A stretch of 55,168 nucleotides of DNA from an uncultured virus (IMG/VR IMGVR_UViG_3300032084_002349) (taxonomy: Duplodnaviria > Heunggongvirae > Uroviricota > Caudoviricetes): IMG/VR virus record IMGVR_UViG_3300032084_002349, positions 62,001-117,168 of that record. One strand, written 5' to 3'. Position 1 is the first letter of the stretch. Each line of letters opens with the position of its first letter. The translations under genes and the position numbers were made by a program. The notes below the pieces were generated by a model, which worked only from the letters and a program-made list of their open reading frames with translations, was not told the origin of the DNA and did no database searches. Of this stretch, positions 1 to 9,440 are shown one piece after another.

Positions 1-107
1 GCATATAACAACTGTTGCTACAGTAATAGCGGAATGTTTGTTATTGATGTCGGTTACGCTCAAGGTAAATCTGGTATGTGGTATTGTTGCAAAAGATACT
101 CAAGGCA

Positions 108-136
108 TTGACAAACAATATTGTTTAGGCTATACT
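108..136 (+). promoter_or_regulatory. sigma70-type promoter (class A)
   Basis: TTGACA 108-113, 17-nt spacer, TATACT 131-136, upstream of ORF at 181. Confidence 0.75.
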
Positions 137-180
137 ATAGTTGTGGTTTATTGTTTTAACAAACGGAAAGAATGAGGATT

Positions 181-351
181 ATGAGTAATAAAAATTATTT
201 TCTTGTAGCAGCATTTGCTAGTTTTGTTCTTAGCGTTTCTCTTTGGTTTCTTGGAGACCAAGCAGTTGCAAAAGAGCAAGGAATTTTTGTAGGACTATGG
301 GTTCCTAGCATTTTGACTTTAGGAACATATTTTGGTAAATGTAATAAGTAA
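181..351 (+). CDS. small membrane protein (56 aa)
   Basis: Read by hand: MSNKNYFLVAAFASFVLSVSLWFL...GIFVGLWVPSILTLG; two hydrophobic segments; GAGG SD; follows promoter. Confidence 0.7.
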   Translation: MSNKNYFLVAAFASFVLSVSLWFLGDQAVAKEQGIFVGLWVPSILTLGTYFGKCNK

Positions 352-360
352 GGAATAATT

Positions 361-546
361 ATGGATAACTTTACCTTATTTGTATGTGGTATTGTAATTA
401 CGCTCATCTCTGGTATGGGTGTGATTACTTCAGAAGTTTTTCTAGGATATTATAAATATTTTGAAAAAGAAAAATTAAGGCAGTTACAAAAAGCAAGACT
501 ACAATTAGAAAAAGAAAAAGAAGTTTTGCAAAATGCTAAAGTTTAA
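361..546 (+). CDS. small membrane protein
   Basis: N-terminal TM segment, charged tail, AAGGA SD. Confidence 0.65.
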   Translation: MDNFTLFVCGIVITLISGMGVITSEVFLGYYKYFEKEKLRQLQKARLQLEKEKEVLQNAKV

Positions 547-633
547 ATATGAGAGGGGAGATAATATCAAACCTCTACATATTTTCAGTAAATTTTTACC
601 TAATTTAAAGGCGGTAGAAATGATAATAGAACA

Positions 634-897
634 ATGTACAGGAATATTGATGAAGATGAACGTCTATTGATAATGGCGAGAAGATATTGGGATGAAGAGG
701 ATCAATTAACAGAAAAGCAATTATATTGGGTGTTAAAGAATGAAGGATACTCAAAGACTGAAATTGACAATGCGATCAGTGATTATTGGTCTATTCATAT
801 ACAGTCTAATATTCTTCTCCATTATTGGATTGCACCAATTATTTTAACAGTGATGATGGTCGTTTTAGTTTTATATGTTCAGAGTTTATTAAAATGA
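634..897 (+). CDS. hypothetical protein, C-terminal TM
   Basis: ORF track; ATGA overlap with next gene. Confidence 0.6.
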   Translation: MYRNIDEDERLLIMARRYWDEEDQLTEKQLYWVLKNEGYSKTEIDNAISDYWSIHIQSNILLHYWIAPIILTVMMVVLVLYVQSLLK

Positions 898-1106
898 AAA
901 GAAAACATTGTAAATTGGACGATACATGCAAGATGAGTTTTGAGTTAGAAGAACTCGATGGTAAAACATTTATGATCATAAAAGATACAAAATGTACCCA
1001 CGAACAAACTGCATATAAAGGATTTGCTAATGTTAATTCGTATGTAGATAAATATAGACTTCTTAAACTTGCAGACTTCATATATGATTATTGTAATAAC
1101 AAATGA
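894..1106 (+). CDS. hypothetical protein
   Basis: Start moved to ATG 894 (ATGA overlap). Confidence 0.55.
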   Translation: MKRKHCKLDDTCKMSFELEELDGKTFMIIKDTKCTHEQTAYKGFANVNSYVDKYRLLKLADFIYDYCNNK

Positions 1107-1176
1107 AAAGCATAATTTATTTTTTATTATCTGTACCTAGATGTTTATTTTTATTATTATTTAGAAAGACTAAGTA

Positions 1177-1332
1177 ATGTGGAAGATTTGGTGCAAAGCA
1201 TTGGGTGAAAAATCTGGTACGACCGATAGACAAAGCGATGGTATTGCTTTTATTAGGTCTGCGCTTGTATTACAGGCTATCCTTACCAATCTATTTATAG
1301 TTGTTAACATTCTAAAAAGTTGGTATCAATAA
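1177..1332 (+). CDS. small phage membrane protein (MWKIWCKALGEK type)
   Basis: Read by hand; resembles small ORFs common in aquatic myoviruses. Confidence 0.65.
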   Translation: MWKIWCKALGEKSGTTDRQSDGIAFIRSALVLQAILTNLFIVVNILKSWYQ

Positions 1333-1357
1333 ATTCGTAATGATCTAAAGATTGTTC

Positions 1358-1385
1358 TTGACAATGACGATATTTATGTTATACT
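1358..1385 (+). promoter_or_regulatory. class A promoter
   Basis: TTGACA-atgaCGATAtttatgt-TATACT; TGn extended -10; upstream TAAAG. Confidence 0.8.
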
Positions 1386-1431
1386 AAGATTAGAGAGATT
1401 GAAATTTTATATACTTTTTAAAGAGGGATTT

Positions 1432-1635
1432 ATGACTGCTACTGTTACCGATTTCACCAGCGAGGTGTTTGCTTTTATCGAAGTGACCTATGGGAAAAAA
1501 GTTATCAAGCAAGTAAAAAATAAAGATAACATTGAGATCATTAAGAATATCACAGATGATTCTATATCAAAAGAATATACTGTAGATAAAACAGCACATA
1601 AAATTATGGCTATGTTAAGGATTATACCATCGTGA
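1432..1635 (+). CDS. hypothetical protein
   Basis: ATG 1432 with GAGGG SD, downstream of promoter. Confidence 0.65.
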   Translation: MTATVTDFTSEVFAFIEVTYGKKVIKQVKNKDNIEIIKNITDDSISKEYTVDKTAHKIMAMLRIIPS

Positions 1636-1892
1636 AAAAGAAATCCAGAAGAGAATTAAGAGAAGCAAAAATAAGAGCGATGCAACAAATGTTCTATGAG
1701 GATGTATGTATTTACATAACGGAAGAATATAGTCCTAGAATATATAGGTTATTTTCCGAGAGTCCTATGGCTGGAAGTATAGTTGATCTTGTTAATGAGT
1801 ATTTTTGGGGAGGTAATACTGTTCAGTTTACTGCTGGTCAAATAGCAGATTTGTTAAAAAGTAAATATACTAAAAAAAAGAAAAATGATTGA
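1632..1892 (+). CDS. hypothetical protein
   Basis: ORF track, GTGA overlap. Confidence 0.6.
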   Translation: MKKKSRRELREAKIRAMQQMFYEDVCIYITEEYSPRIYRLFSESPMAGSIVDLVNEYFWGGNTVQFTAGQIADLLKSKYTKKKKND

Positions 1893-2064
1893 TCCAGTAC
1901 TTGAAGAAAAAATAACACAAATAATAAAGTTGTGTAACCAAAAAATAAAAGATCAACACACTCACGAATCTAACGCTGGGTACTATAATGATTATGATGA
2001 TGGTAGAATCGTAGGTCAAGCAGCATTAGCCCGTAGAATTTTACATATCATAAAATTAAATTAA
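1885..2064 (+). CDS. hypothetical protein (59 aa)
   Basis: Read by hand: MIDPVLEEK...DDGRIVGQAALARRIL. Confidence 0.55.
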   Translation: MIDPVLEEKITQIIKLCNQKIKDQHTHESNAGYYNDYDDGRIVGQAALARRILHIIKLN

Positions 2065-2168
2065 TAAATGACAGTATTATTAATTTTCATGGCATTAATT
2101 ATGGTAATAGAGACAATATTACATAACTATTTTAATAATAACAACAAATAGGTGTAAAAATAAGTATT

Positions 2169-2720
2169 ATGCTATTAATATCCTACCTTAAAAATATAGG
2201 TTTTTTTATGATACTTATAACTGTTTGTCGAACTTTATTTTATCAGTTCTTTTTATTATTTGTTGGATTATCTGTAGGCTTTTTGTTAAACGCAGAATAT
2301 CTGGGGTGGAAATACCCTATTGTTCACAATTCATTTTATAATACATTCTTTCCTATCGACTTTGAAGACGAGGGTGTTTTACAGTGGCTTTACAGTCGAG
2401 GGCAATTTAAGATATTCGCTTTTAATGCTTATCCTAAAGACTTCAAAGTAATTGAAGAGGCTATAGCAGCAGAAGAATGGTACTGGTGTAAATATAGTTA
2501 TACGGATAAGAATGGAAATACAAAAATAAATATAGACCACACTAGAATTAGATGGAAACCTTGGGAATATTATTATGAAGATGAGGCTTTTGATCCTTGG
2601 GATGTGGAAGAAATGAAAAAGTATATTGAAGAAGGTTCATTAAATAGCCGAGAAACAGATAGGGCTTGGAGACTCAGGGATGAGATGAAGGGCATAGAAA
2701 GTAATCATATTAAATTTTAA
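2169..2720 (+). CDS. hypothetical membrane-anchored protein
   Basis: N-terminal hydrophobic region; GGTGTA motif at 2151. Confidence 0.6.
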   Translation: MLLISYLKNIGFFMILITVCRTLFYQFFLLFVGLSVGFLLNAEYLGWKYPIVHNSFYNTFFPIDFEDEGVLQWLYSRGQFKIFAFNAYPKDFKVIEEAIAAEEWYWCKYSYTDKNGNTKINIDHTRIRWKPWEYYYEDEAFDPWDVEEMKKYIEEGSLNSRETDRAWRLRDEMKGIESNHIKF

Positions 2721-2737
2721 AAAGAAAGAGGAGTGTT

Positions 2738-3028
2738 ATGAGGACATTTTTATTTTTAGTAGTTGCATTATGGGCATCTATCGGATATACTGGTGAGTGG
2801 GTGGCGAGTGTACCAGTTGCACCCGCACCACCACCTATGGTTATAACAACCCCCGTTCCTGCGGTAACTTATACAGTACCGCAACCTACAGTATTGTATG
2901 GATGGGTTCCTTATTACTATAATGTTCCAGTTGTGACAGAAAGACGTTGTTGGTTTTTAAGAAGAGAAAAACAAATTACTTACCAACCACAAGTACAATG
3001 GTATTATCAACCTTTGTATATTAGATAA
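2738..3028 (+). CDS. secreted Pro/Val/Tyr-rich protein
   Basis: Signal peptide MRTFLFLVVALWASIG; GAGGAG SD. Confidence 0.65.
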   Translation: MRTFLFLVVALWASIGYTGEWVASVPVAPAPPPMVITTPVPAVTYTVPQPTVLYGWVPYYYNVPVVTERRCWFLRREKQITYQPQVQWYYQPLYIR

Positions 3029-3148
3029 TGGATATAATAAATATTATGGAGGAAATTATGACAGAGGGAGATGAATCTTCTGATACGGTAGACATACCCG
3101 TAGAACAACAACAATTTACTTTTACTTATGTGCATTCGGAGGATACAG

Positions 3149-3370
3149 ATGAATAGATTTGTTAAAGCGTTAGAGTCAAAATATCAGGCTAAAATTGATG
3201 AGGCAATAGCAACTATAGATTTATATATTACTAAATCTGTAGGTGTTGGAGAACATCCAGATATTTTATCAGTTTTAGATGAGTATATAAATATATTAGA
3301 ATCTAATACCTCCAAATTAGACATTATTCAAAAAGTATTTAAAGACCATAATCAAAATAGTGATAATTAA
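3149..3370 (+). CDS. conserved small phage protein (VGVGEHPD motif)
   Basis: GGAGGA SD before ATG 3149. Confidence 0.7.
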   Translation: MNRFVKALESKYQAKIDEAIATIDLYITKSVGVGEHPDILSVLDEYINILESNTSKLDIIQKVFKDHNQNSDN

Positions 3371-3475
3371 GAAGACTTATCTCAGAATACTAGACGGTGT
3401 ATAAAGCAATAGGATAACAATTAAATTATTTAAAGGAATATATTATATACATATGGAGTTTAAAGGGTTTTTAGG

Positions 3476-3712
3476 ATGTCAATAAGTAAAGAAAAAAGAC
3501 AAGCAATTAAAAAAGAGGCAAAGTATTTAGAACAGAAGCATTGTATAAGGAAGACTCTAGAAGATGTTGGTTATGAAAATATGTTTAGGTATATGATAGA
3601 AGATTTAGATCATATTGAAGATATCAGCAATACCCAAAGTATGTATCTATTTCAATTAATATCTGCTTTACAAAACGCATTAGAAATTTATCCAAGGGTC
3701 TCGGATGCCTGA
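3476..3712 (+). CDS. hypothetical protein
   Basis: ORF track; GGTGTA motif at 3396 upstream. Confidence 0.6.
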   Translation: MSISKEKRQAIKKEAKYLEQKHCIRKTLEDVGYENMFRYMIEDLDHIEDISNTQSMYLFQLISALQNALEIYPRVSDA

Positions 3713-3992
3713 AGAATACAAGCAAATGAGTAAGAAAGACAAGTTACCCTTAAAGTATGCTTGTTTTCAGCCAGAAGTAAGACAACACATATCTCAAGTT
3801 CTTGATGGTATGGGCAACTCTAATGAAATTAGAGGACACATTGATGATCTTTATAAATTAGTAGAACATCAAATGATGCAACAAATGAGACAAGAAAAGC
3901 AAATGATTGCAATTAAACACATTGAAGCATGGAAAAGATATGATAAGGATATAAAGGAGTATAACCCTGAAACTAGAAGTTATAAGAAATGA
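3705..3992 (+). CDS. hypothetical protein
   Basis: ORF track, overlapping neighbours. Confidence 0.6.
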   Translation: MPEEYKQMSKKDKLPLKYACFQPEVRQHISQVLDGMGNSNEIRGHIDDLYKLVEHQMMQQMRQEKQMIAIKHIEAWKRYDKDIKEYNPETRSYKK

Positions 3993-4186
3993 ACGATGTA
4001 CTGAGGAATTATCTTAATTCTGATTTAAAATATAATTGTATAAAACAAAAAACTAAAAATAAAATATTTCATACAGAAAAACCCCATTCTGTACAACAAC
4101 ACATAAATGAACTGTATATATTAATAGAGTATTTACAAAATAAAGATTTGAAAATGGATGAGGTTGAATTAGATGAATTGGACTAA
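3989..4186 (+). CDS. hypothetical protein
   Basis: ORF track; HINELYILIEY resembles HIDDLYKLVEH of the upstream ORF. Confidence 0.55.
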   Translation: MNDVLRNYLNSDLKYNCIKQKTKNKIFHTEKPHSVQQHINELYILIEYLQNKDLKMDEVELDELD

Positions 4187-4436
4187 TATTAAAAAATGGG
4201 CTAAAGATAAAGGGTATAAGGTTAATAGAGAAAAATCTGGAGATGAAGGCAATCCTTATAATTACGAATGGTATCTTATAGATAATCCTGAAAGAAAAGG
4301 CGCTATTAATAGTTTAAGTAAACTGGCTATGAATATTTATAATGATATAACTAATAACAAGCATATAAAGCATCAAGAAAGATATAGGCAACAGCAATTA
4401 CAACAGGAAATTGATTATGTCTACAAAGCATGGTGA
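4173..4436 (+). CDS. hypothetical protein
   Basis: ORF track. Confidence 0.6.
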   Translation: MNWTNIKKWAKDKGYKVNREKSGDEGNPYNYEWYLIDNPERKGAINSLSKLAMNIYNDITNNKHIKHQERYRQQQLQQEIDYVYKAW

Positions 4437-4593
4437 AGATAATAAAATTAAAAAACAATCTATTACTGTTAGTACTATTATAGGAAAAGCAATAGAAGCG
4501 GTGGTTGCATATATTGTTTTATGGTTCTTTGAGCCAGTGTGGAAGAAACTGGTCAAATGGTGGGAAAATAAAAAGGATAAAGAAGATAAATGA
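4417..4593 (+). CDS. small membrane protein
   Basis: Single hydrophobic helix; ATGA overlap with thyX. Confidence 0.55.
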   Translation: MSTKHGEDNKIKKQSITVSTIIGKAIEAVVAYIVLWFFEPVWKKLVKWWENKKDKEDK

Positions 4594-5246
4594 GTGATAT
4601 CAAATTAATCAGCGTAACTCCAGAAGCAGAAAAAAATATAGCCTATTGTGCTAGAGTGTCTAACCCAAACAATCAAGATAATGACAATATATCCGGTTTG
4701 CTTAATTACTGCATTAAACATAAGCACTGGTCTATATTTGAAATGGCATTTATGACTATTGAAATTAATACTAATAGGGGTATAGCAGCACAAATATTAA
4801 GGCACAGAAGTTTTACATTTCAAGAATTTAGTCAAAGATATGCTGATACAACGCATCTTGCAGAAGAAATACCTGTATTTAATTTAAGAAGTCAGGATAA
4901 TAAAAATAGACAAAATAGTATTGATGATGTAGATCAAGACATAGTATTTAAATGGAATAGACAAATAAGAGAGCATTTTGCTAGAGCAAAAGGACTGTAT
5001 GATGAAATGATTAAAGATGGGATAGCAAAAGAATGTGCTAGATTCGTACTGCCTTTAGCGACTCCTACAAGGTTATATATGAGTGGCAGTATTCGTAATT
5101 GGATTCATTATATAGAACTTAGAGAAAAAAACGGAACACAAAAAGAACACATGGATATTGCCTTGGAGTGTAAAAAAATATTCTGTAAACAATTTCCAAT
5201 TATATCTGAAGCATTATCATGGATAGACCCTCAATCAACCAATTAA
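4590..5246 (+). CDS. thyX: FAD-dependent thymidylate synthase ThyX
   Basis: RHRSFTFQEFSQRY ThyX motif; HWSIFE; ECARFVLP. Confidence 0.95.
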   Translation: MSDIKLISVTPEAEKNIAYCARVSNPNNQDNDNISGLLNYCIKHKHWSIFEMAFMTIEINTNRGIAAQILRHRSFTFQEFSQRYADTTHLAEEIPVFNLRSQDNKNRQNSIDDVDQDIVFKWNRQIREHFARAKGLYDEMIKDGIAKECARFVLPLATPTRLYMSGSIRNWIHYIELREKNGTQKEHMDIALECKKIFCKQFPIISEALSWIDPQSTN

Positions 5247-5387
5247 TGAAAAGTAGTATAAATTTTTGGAAAAATAAACACAAACATCCTTTATATAGTT
5301 ATGATAATGTAAACAAGAATACAAAGAAAAATTATTTCCGGCGATAGAAGAATTTTTTTTAATAATGAATATTGCTATCATAAAAAT

Positions 5388-6029
5388 ATGATTGAATTAA
5401 AAGATAAAAGAGGTTTATTTAAAAAACCCAGACAAGTTATAAATAAAATTAATTTCATAATTGACAACAGAAATATATACCCTTCATACGAAGGGTGTTT
5501 TAATAAAAGTTTAGATTACATACTAGATATAAATCAAAGATTACACATTGGTCTTAGTCATTATTATTTAATTAAAAACGCACCTACGGTTTTAGGCGCA
5601 GGTTCTTTAAAAATTAATAAAAGTGGTAAGGTATATTATATTGATAATAAATCTGGACACTATCAGCCTACAAAAGAACAGTTTAATCAAAGTATTATTT
5701 TATTAAATGAGAATATAGATTTAACTTTATGCGATACCTCAATGCTCTCATGGAAAAATGAAGAAGATAGAGAATTATATTACAAAGGGTGTCTGGAGAA
5801 TAAAGACAATGATTCAAGTTTTTCCAAATATTTGAAACCATATTCTCTTGCTCAATTTAAAAAAGTAACTTCGATTAATAATTTTAATAGCGAAAGATAT
5901 CTAAAATTAAATCCAGATATAGAAAGAGTTAGCAAAGCAATGTTCCCAAACGATTTAGAGAAACAAATATTGTATGCTAAATCCCATTTCTATCTACATG
6001 GACAATACGAAGATGGTCGATTCGTATAA
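5388..6029 (+). CDS. two-domain hypothetical protein (N-x-S-G-H-Y-x-P domain plus YL..NPD..HF..HG..E domain)
   Basis: Motifs AGSLKI...IDNKSGHYQP and FNSERYLKLNPDI...HFYLHGQYE. Confidence 0.6.
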   Translation: MIELKDKRGLFKKPRQVINKINFIIDNRNIYPSYEGCFNKSLDYILDINQRLHIGLSHYYLIKNAPTVLGAGSLKINKSGKVYYIDNKSGHYQPTKEQFNQSIILLNENIDLTLCDTSMLSWKNEEDRELYYKGCLENKDNDSSFSKYLKPYSLAQFKKVTSINNFNSERYLKLNPDIERVSKAMFPNDLEKQILYAKSHFYLHGQYEDGRFV

Positions 6030-6036
6030 AGTACAG

Positions 6037-6064
6037 TTGACAAATTGCCGATATTATGTATAAT
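6037..6064 (+). promoter_or_regulatory. class A promoter
   Basis: TTGACA-aattgcCGATAttatg-TATAAT before uvsE. Confidence 0.8.
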
Positions 6065-6083
6065 AACTGCATGGAGGTAAGAT

Positions 6084-7001
6084 ATGAGATTTGGTTTATG
6101 TTGTATTTCTTTAGATTTACAAGAACTTGATAAAACTCTCAAGTTTCAAACGATGACTTATAAAAGATTTAGCCAATTAGATCGTAGTGAAGCATTGTCT
6201 ATATTGGGTGATCGAATACTTAACAACATGAAAGTTACTGATGCAACAATACAACATTGCGCCAACAATAATTATTGCTATAGGATCAGTAGTAATCTTT
6301 TTCCTCTCATTACTTATGCTAATGCCGATATTAATCTGGATCAACTTCCAAACTACCAGCAAATAGAAGAATCCTTTGATAAAATTGCTTACACTATTCA
6401 GCAAACTAATGTTAGGGTTTCTTGTCATCCAAGCGAGTTTAATGTCTTAGCATCGACAAATACCGAGGCAGTAGATAAGACAATTACTGAATTAAATTTT
6501 TACAGTAGTTTTCTTGACAGAATAGGTTGTTCTACCGATTATAATTGTCCAATGAATTTACACATCAATAATCGACAAGGAAGTAACGATGAAGTTGTGG
6601 GAAGATTTATACAAAATTTTAATAGACTTGACGATAATTGTCGTAGCCGTCTGGTTATTGAAAACGACGATAAACTTAATTGCTGGTCTGTAAAACAATT
6701 AATAGAAGACTTTTATCCTAAAACTAATATACCAATTACATTCGATTATTTACACCATCACTGCCATCCAGATGGCTGGACAGAGCAACAAGCATTAGAA
6801 GAGTGTTATCTTACATGGCATGAATATAGACCACTATTTCATTACAGCGAAAATATACCAGATCACCCAAACCCTCGCAAACACGCAGATTATGCAGAAC
6901 ATACCTTTAATACATATGGATTGGATTTTGATATAGATATGGAAATAAAAATGAAAGATAAAGCAATATCAAAGTATATAGAAGGTGTATTAGTATTATG
7001 A
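6084..7001 (+). CDS. uvsE: UV damage endonuclease UvsE
   Basis: GLCC start, YRISSNLFP, SCHPSEF, LVIENDD, FDYLHH, HYSE, HADY, EIKMKD. Confidence 0.93.
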   Translation: MRFGLCCISLDLQELDKTLKFQTMTYKRFSQLDRSEALSILGDRILNNMKVTDATIQHCANNNYCYRISSNLFPLITYANADINLDQLPNYQQIEESFDKIAYTIQQTNVRVSCHPSEFNVLASTNTEAVDKTITELNFYSSFLDRIGCSTDYNCPMNLHINNRQGSNDEVVGRFIQNFNRLDDNCRSRLVIENDDKLNCWSVKQLIEDFYPKTNIPITFDYLHHHCHPDGWTEQQALEECYLTWHEYRPLFHYSENIPDHPNPRKHADYAEHTFNTYGLDFDIDMEIKMKDKAISKYIEGVLVL

Positions 7002-7144
7002 GTAGTTGGTTAATAGCGTTAACTGGCTGTATATATTTATATGTTAGTTTAGAACAATTATATAAAGGAAATCCGGGGATGTTTATAGCGTACTTAGGTT
7101 ATGCTTTTTCTAATATAGGTCTATATTTACTGGCTTCAAAATAA
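6998..7144 (+). CDS. small membrane protein (48 aa)
   Basis: Read by hand: MSSWLIALTGCIYLYV...YLGYAFSNIGL. Confidence 0.65.
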   Translation: MSSWLIALTGCIYLYVSLEQLYKGNPGMFIAYLGYAFSNIGLYLLASK

Positions 7145-7158
7145 AAAGGAGTTCCAAT

Positions 7159-7311
7159 ATGAAAGAACCAAAAAGAATACCTCTTGATCCAACAACACCT
7201 AAAATACCAGATGTAAAAAGGATACCTATGCCAAGCATTGAAAAAGAATTACATGATATTATAGAAAACTCAAAAGAATATTTAAAACAAACACCTAAAA
7301 AACAAGAATAA
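7159..7311 (+). CDS. hypothetical protein (50 aa)
   Basis: AAGGAG SD; read by hand. Confidence 0.55.
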   Translation: MKEPKRIPLDPTTPKIPDVKRIPMPSIEKELHDIIENSKEYLKQTPKKQE

Positions 7312-7314
7312 TAC

Positions 7315-8091
7315 TTACTCTACTAAATCTTGTTGAGATATTTTTTCTATAGTTGCTTTTGTTTTTTGTATCCATTCAAGATAATCACTAATTCTTGTGT
7401 GACCAGATTCATCACCATAATCAGAATTACCATTTCCGTCTTTAGCAAATACACATGAATTAATGCCCGCTAATTTATTGTCTATAAATAAACCACCACC
7501 GCTATCACCGGGAGTTATTAAAAATTCTAAAGTAGTTTTTTGATCTGTAGTAGAGCATAATAATACGTTATCTCTTATTGAGTTAATAACATTTGAGCCA
7601 GCCCTTTTCTTGTTATCAAATTTTTTACTATCATAACCAGTAATAAAAGTTCCTGCGTAACCATACCCTGCTATACTACACACCTGATTTAACTCGTCTT
7701 TTTTCTTATATAAGTCTGGATAAAAATCTAATTTGATAGGAGTTGCTAATTTAATTAAAGATATATCATTTGAACCAAATTCTTTGGGCTTAAAATTTAT
7801 ATGTGTCGCAACTATACTAGCGACATGAGGTTTACCATCGTGTATCACAGTAAAAGTTATACCATTGGCAACAACATGAGCCGCTGTAATAACGTAATAA
7901 GGATCAATCACAACACAAGAACCGCTATAAGAACTATTTAATTCATCATTCATATGTCCTATTAATTTTAAAACACATTCATGTTTTTTACCATAGTCAA
8001 GATACTGCTCATCTGAGTTATCTGGGTCTATCGTTCCTGCTAAAGTAATAGTAGAAGAAAATAGTAGCATTATTAAGAATAGTATTTTCAT
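7315..8091 (-). CDS. secreted trypsin-like serine protease (S1)
   Basis: Signal peptide; triad motifs TAAHV, DISLIKL, GDSGGG. Confidence 0.9.
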   Translation of the reverse strand: MKILFLIMLLFSSTITLAGTIDPDNSDEQYLDYGKKHECVLKLIGHMNDELNSSYSGSCVVIDPYYVITAAHVVANGITFTVIHDGKPHVASIVATHINFKPKEFGSNDISLIKLATPIKLDFYPDLYKKKDELNQVCSIAGYGYAGTFITGYDSKKFDNKKRAGSNVINSIRDNVLLCSTTDQKTTLEFLITPGDSGGGLFIDNKLAGINSCVFAKDGNGNSDYGDESGHTRISDYLEWIQKTKATIEKISQQDLVE

Positions 8092-8131
8092 GCCACACCT
8101 TTATTGTTTTATATATTATAGTTCTATTAAG

Positions 8132-8139
8132 AATACACC
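8132..8139 (-). promoter_or_regulatory. class B GGTGTA motif, minus strand
   Basis: GGTGTATT on the - strand about 40 nt upstream of the only clear minus-strand gene. Confidence 0.6.
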
Positions 8140-8167
8140 AATTAAGTAAAAAAACTCAAGATATGTC

Positions 8168-8195
8168 TTGACATTGACGATAAGTATGTTATACT
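8168..8195 (+). promoter_or_regulatory. class A promoter
   Basis: TTGACA-ttgaCGATAagtatgt-TATACT. Confidence 0.8.
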
Positions 8196-8229
8196 GTTAT
8201 TATCAGTTTATTTCACAGGAGAACGATCA

Positions 8230-8637
8230 ATGCCTAAAGGTAAAAAGACTTGCGAAAAATGTGGACATCAGTGTGGCCCAAGAGCATATATGTGTCCAGA
8301 ATGTCAACATCCTTTTGTTTTTGCGGTTCAAAGCAAAGAGAAAAAAACTACAAAAATGATTAGGAAATTTGATTGGAGAGAGTTAGAAAAGGGAGATACT
8401 ATTAAAGCCACAGGAGGCCCATATTCTGTGGTAGACGGTGAATTTATTCCTATGGGATGTAGAGGTAGGTTTACTGTCATAAGCGTTGATAAGAACGGGG
8501 TTATAGCCTATGGATCAAAAGAGGGCGGCTTTTGTCACATTTGGATGGGAGAAGACTCTCAATGTGCTTTAACTAAAATTTGGAGAACTAAGCACAGGTT
8601 AGTAAAATTAAAGAAAAAGAATCTCCAACAGGTGTAA
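8230..8637 (+). CDS. zinc-ribbon protein
   Basis: CEKC...CPEC at N-terminus; TCACAGGAG leader. Confidence 0.75.
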   Translation: MPKGKKTCEKCGHQCGPRAYMCPECQHPFVFAVQSKEKKTTKMIRKFDWRELEKGDTIKATGGPYSVVDGEFIPMGCRGRFTVISVDKNGVIAYGSKEGGFCHIWMGEDSQCALTKIWRTKHRLVKLKKKNLQQV

Positions 8638-8672
8638 TTATAGATAGTTATATTATACATTGGAGATTATAA

Positions 8673-8987
8673 ATGGCAAAAATACACAAAGACAAAGATA
8701 GCATAAGAACTATCGAAACTCCATCTCCGTATGGAAGTCACTCTAGTATGGTTGTTAATTTAGACGCTGAAGCAAGAGGACACAATGTTCCATCAGATAA
8801 AGTTATTTGTAAAGATGAAAGAGGATATTACATAACTTATAAAAACAGACTAGATAGTGGATTAGCCGACCCCTGCCGCTATGCTTGTCCATTGTGTAGA
8901 TTTAGTGATCTTAATATAGTATTTACTGATATGCAAATTGTAAACAAGAGTTCAGTGTTTGCAGATGCTATAGCAATTTTAAAATAA
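8673..8987 (+). CDS. hypothetical protein
   Basis: GGAG SD; GGTGTA at 8631. Confidence 0.65.
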   Translation: MAKIHKDKDSIRTIETPSPYGSHSSMVVNLDAEARGHNVPSDKVICKDERGYYITYKNRLDSGLADPCRYACPLCRFSDLNIVFTDMQIVNKSSVFADAIAILK

Positions 8988-8989
8988 GG

Positions 8990-9018
8990 TTGACAAAAAC
9001 ACAAGTTATCAATATCAT
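8990..9018 (+). promoter_or_regulatory. sigma70-type promoter
   Basis: TTGACA, 17 nt, TATCAT; lacks CGAT. Confidence 0.6.
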
Positions 9019-9098
9019 AAAACAGGAATATTGTTTTGGTTGTGGCGACAATGCAATATTATTTATTTTAAATACGCCATTAAAGTTTAGAGGTAAAA

Positions 9099-9329
9099 AT
9101 GACTAAACAGGATCGTGTTATTAACTATCTAGTTAAGGGTAGAACTTTGAGCCAACATAGCGCAGCAAGTATGTTTGATGTTGGCAATCTAAGGGCAACT
9201 ATTAGCGATATTAAACCTATGCTAAAATCAGAGGGTTATCTGGTCACTAAGTCTACAGGTAGGAATGGTGAAACAAGATATGGTGTAACTACTACCAAAA
9301 AGCGTAAACAAAAAAGCACTAGGCGTTAA
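9099..9329 (+). CDS. small winged-helix DNA-binding protein
   Basis: Pattern RVINYLVKGRTLS..SA..MF.V.NLRATISDI; basic tail; GAGG SD. Confidence 0.7.
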   Translation: MTKQDRVINYLVKGRTLSQHSAASMFDVGNLRATISDIKPMLKSEGYLVTKSTGRNGETRYGVTTTKKRKQKSTRR

Positions 9330-9333
9330 GCCG

Positions 9334-9422
9334 AATAATTAGCGTCCCTATTAAAGCCAAGGGTGTATCATCAAAAATCTATACTGATACAGATGGTTAG
9401 GCTTGCTATCACGCTATTTATT
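9334..9422 (+). ncRNA. candidate structured RNA (three nested stems)
   Basis: 9334-45/9411-22, 9354-58/9400-04 and 9364-70/9385-91 are complementary. Confidence 0.4.
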
Positions 9423-9440
9423 TTTATATAAAGGTCTACT

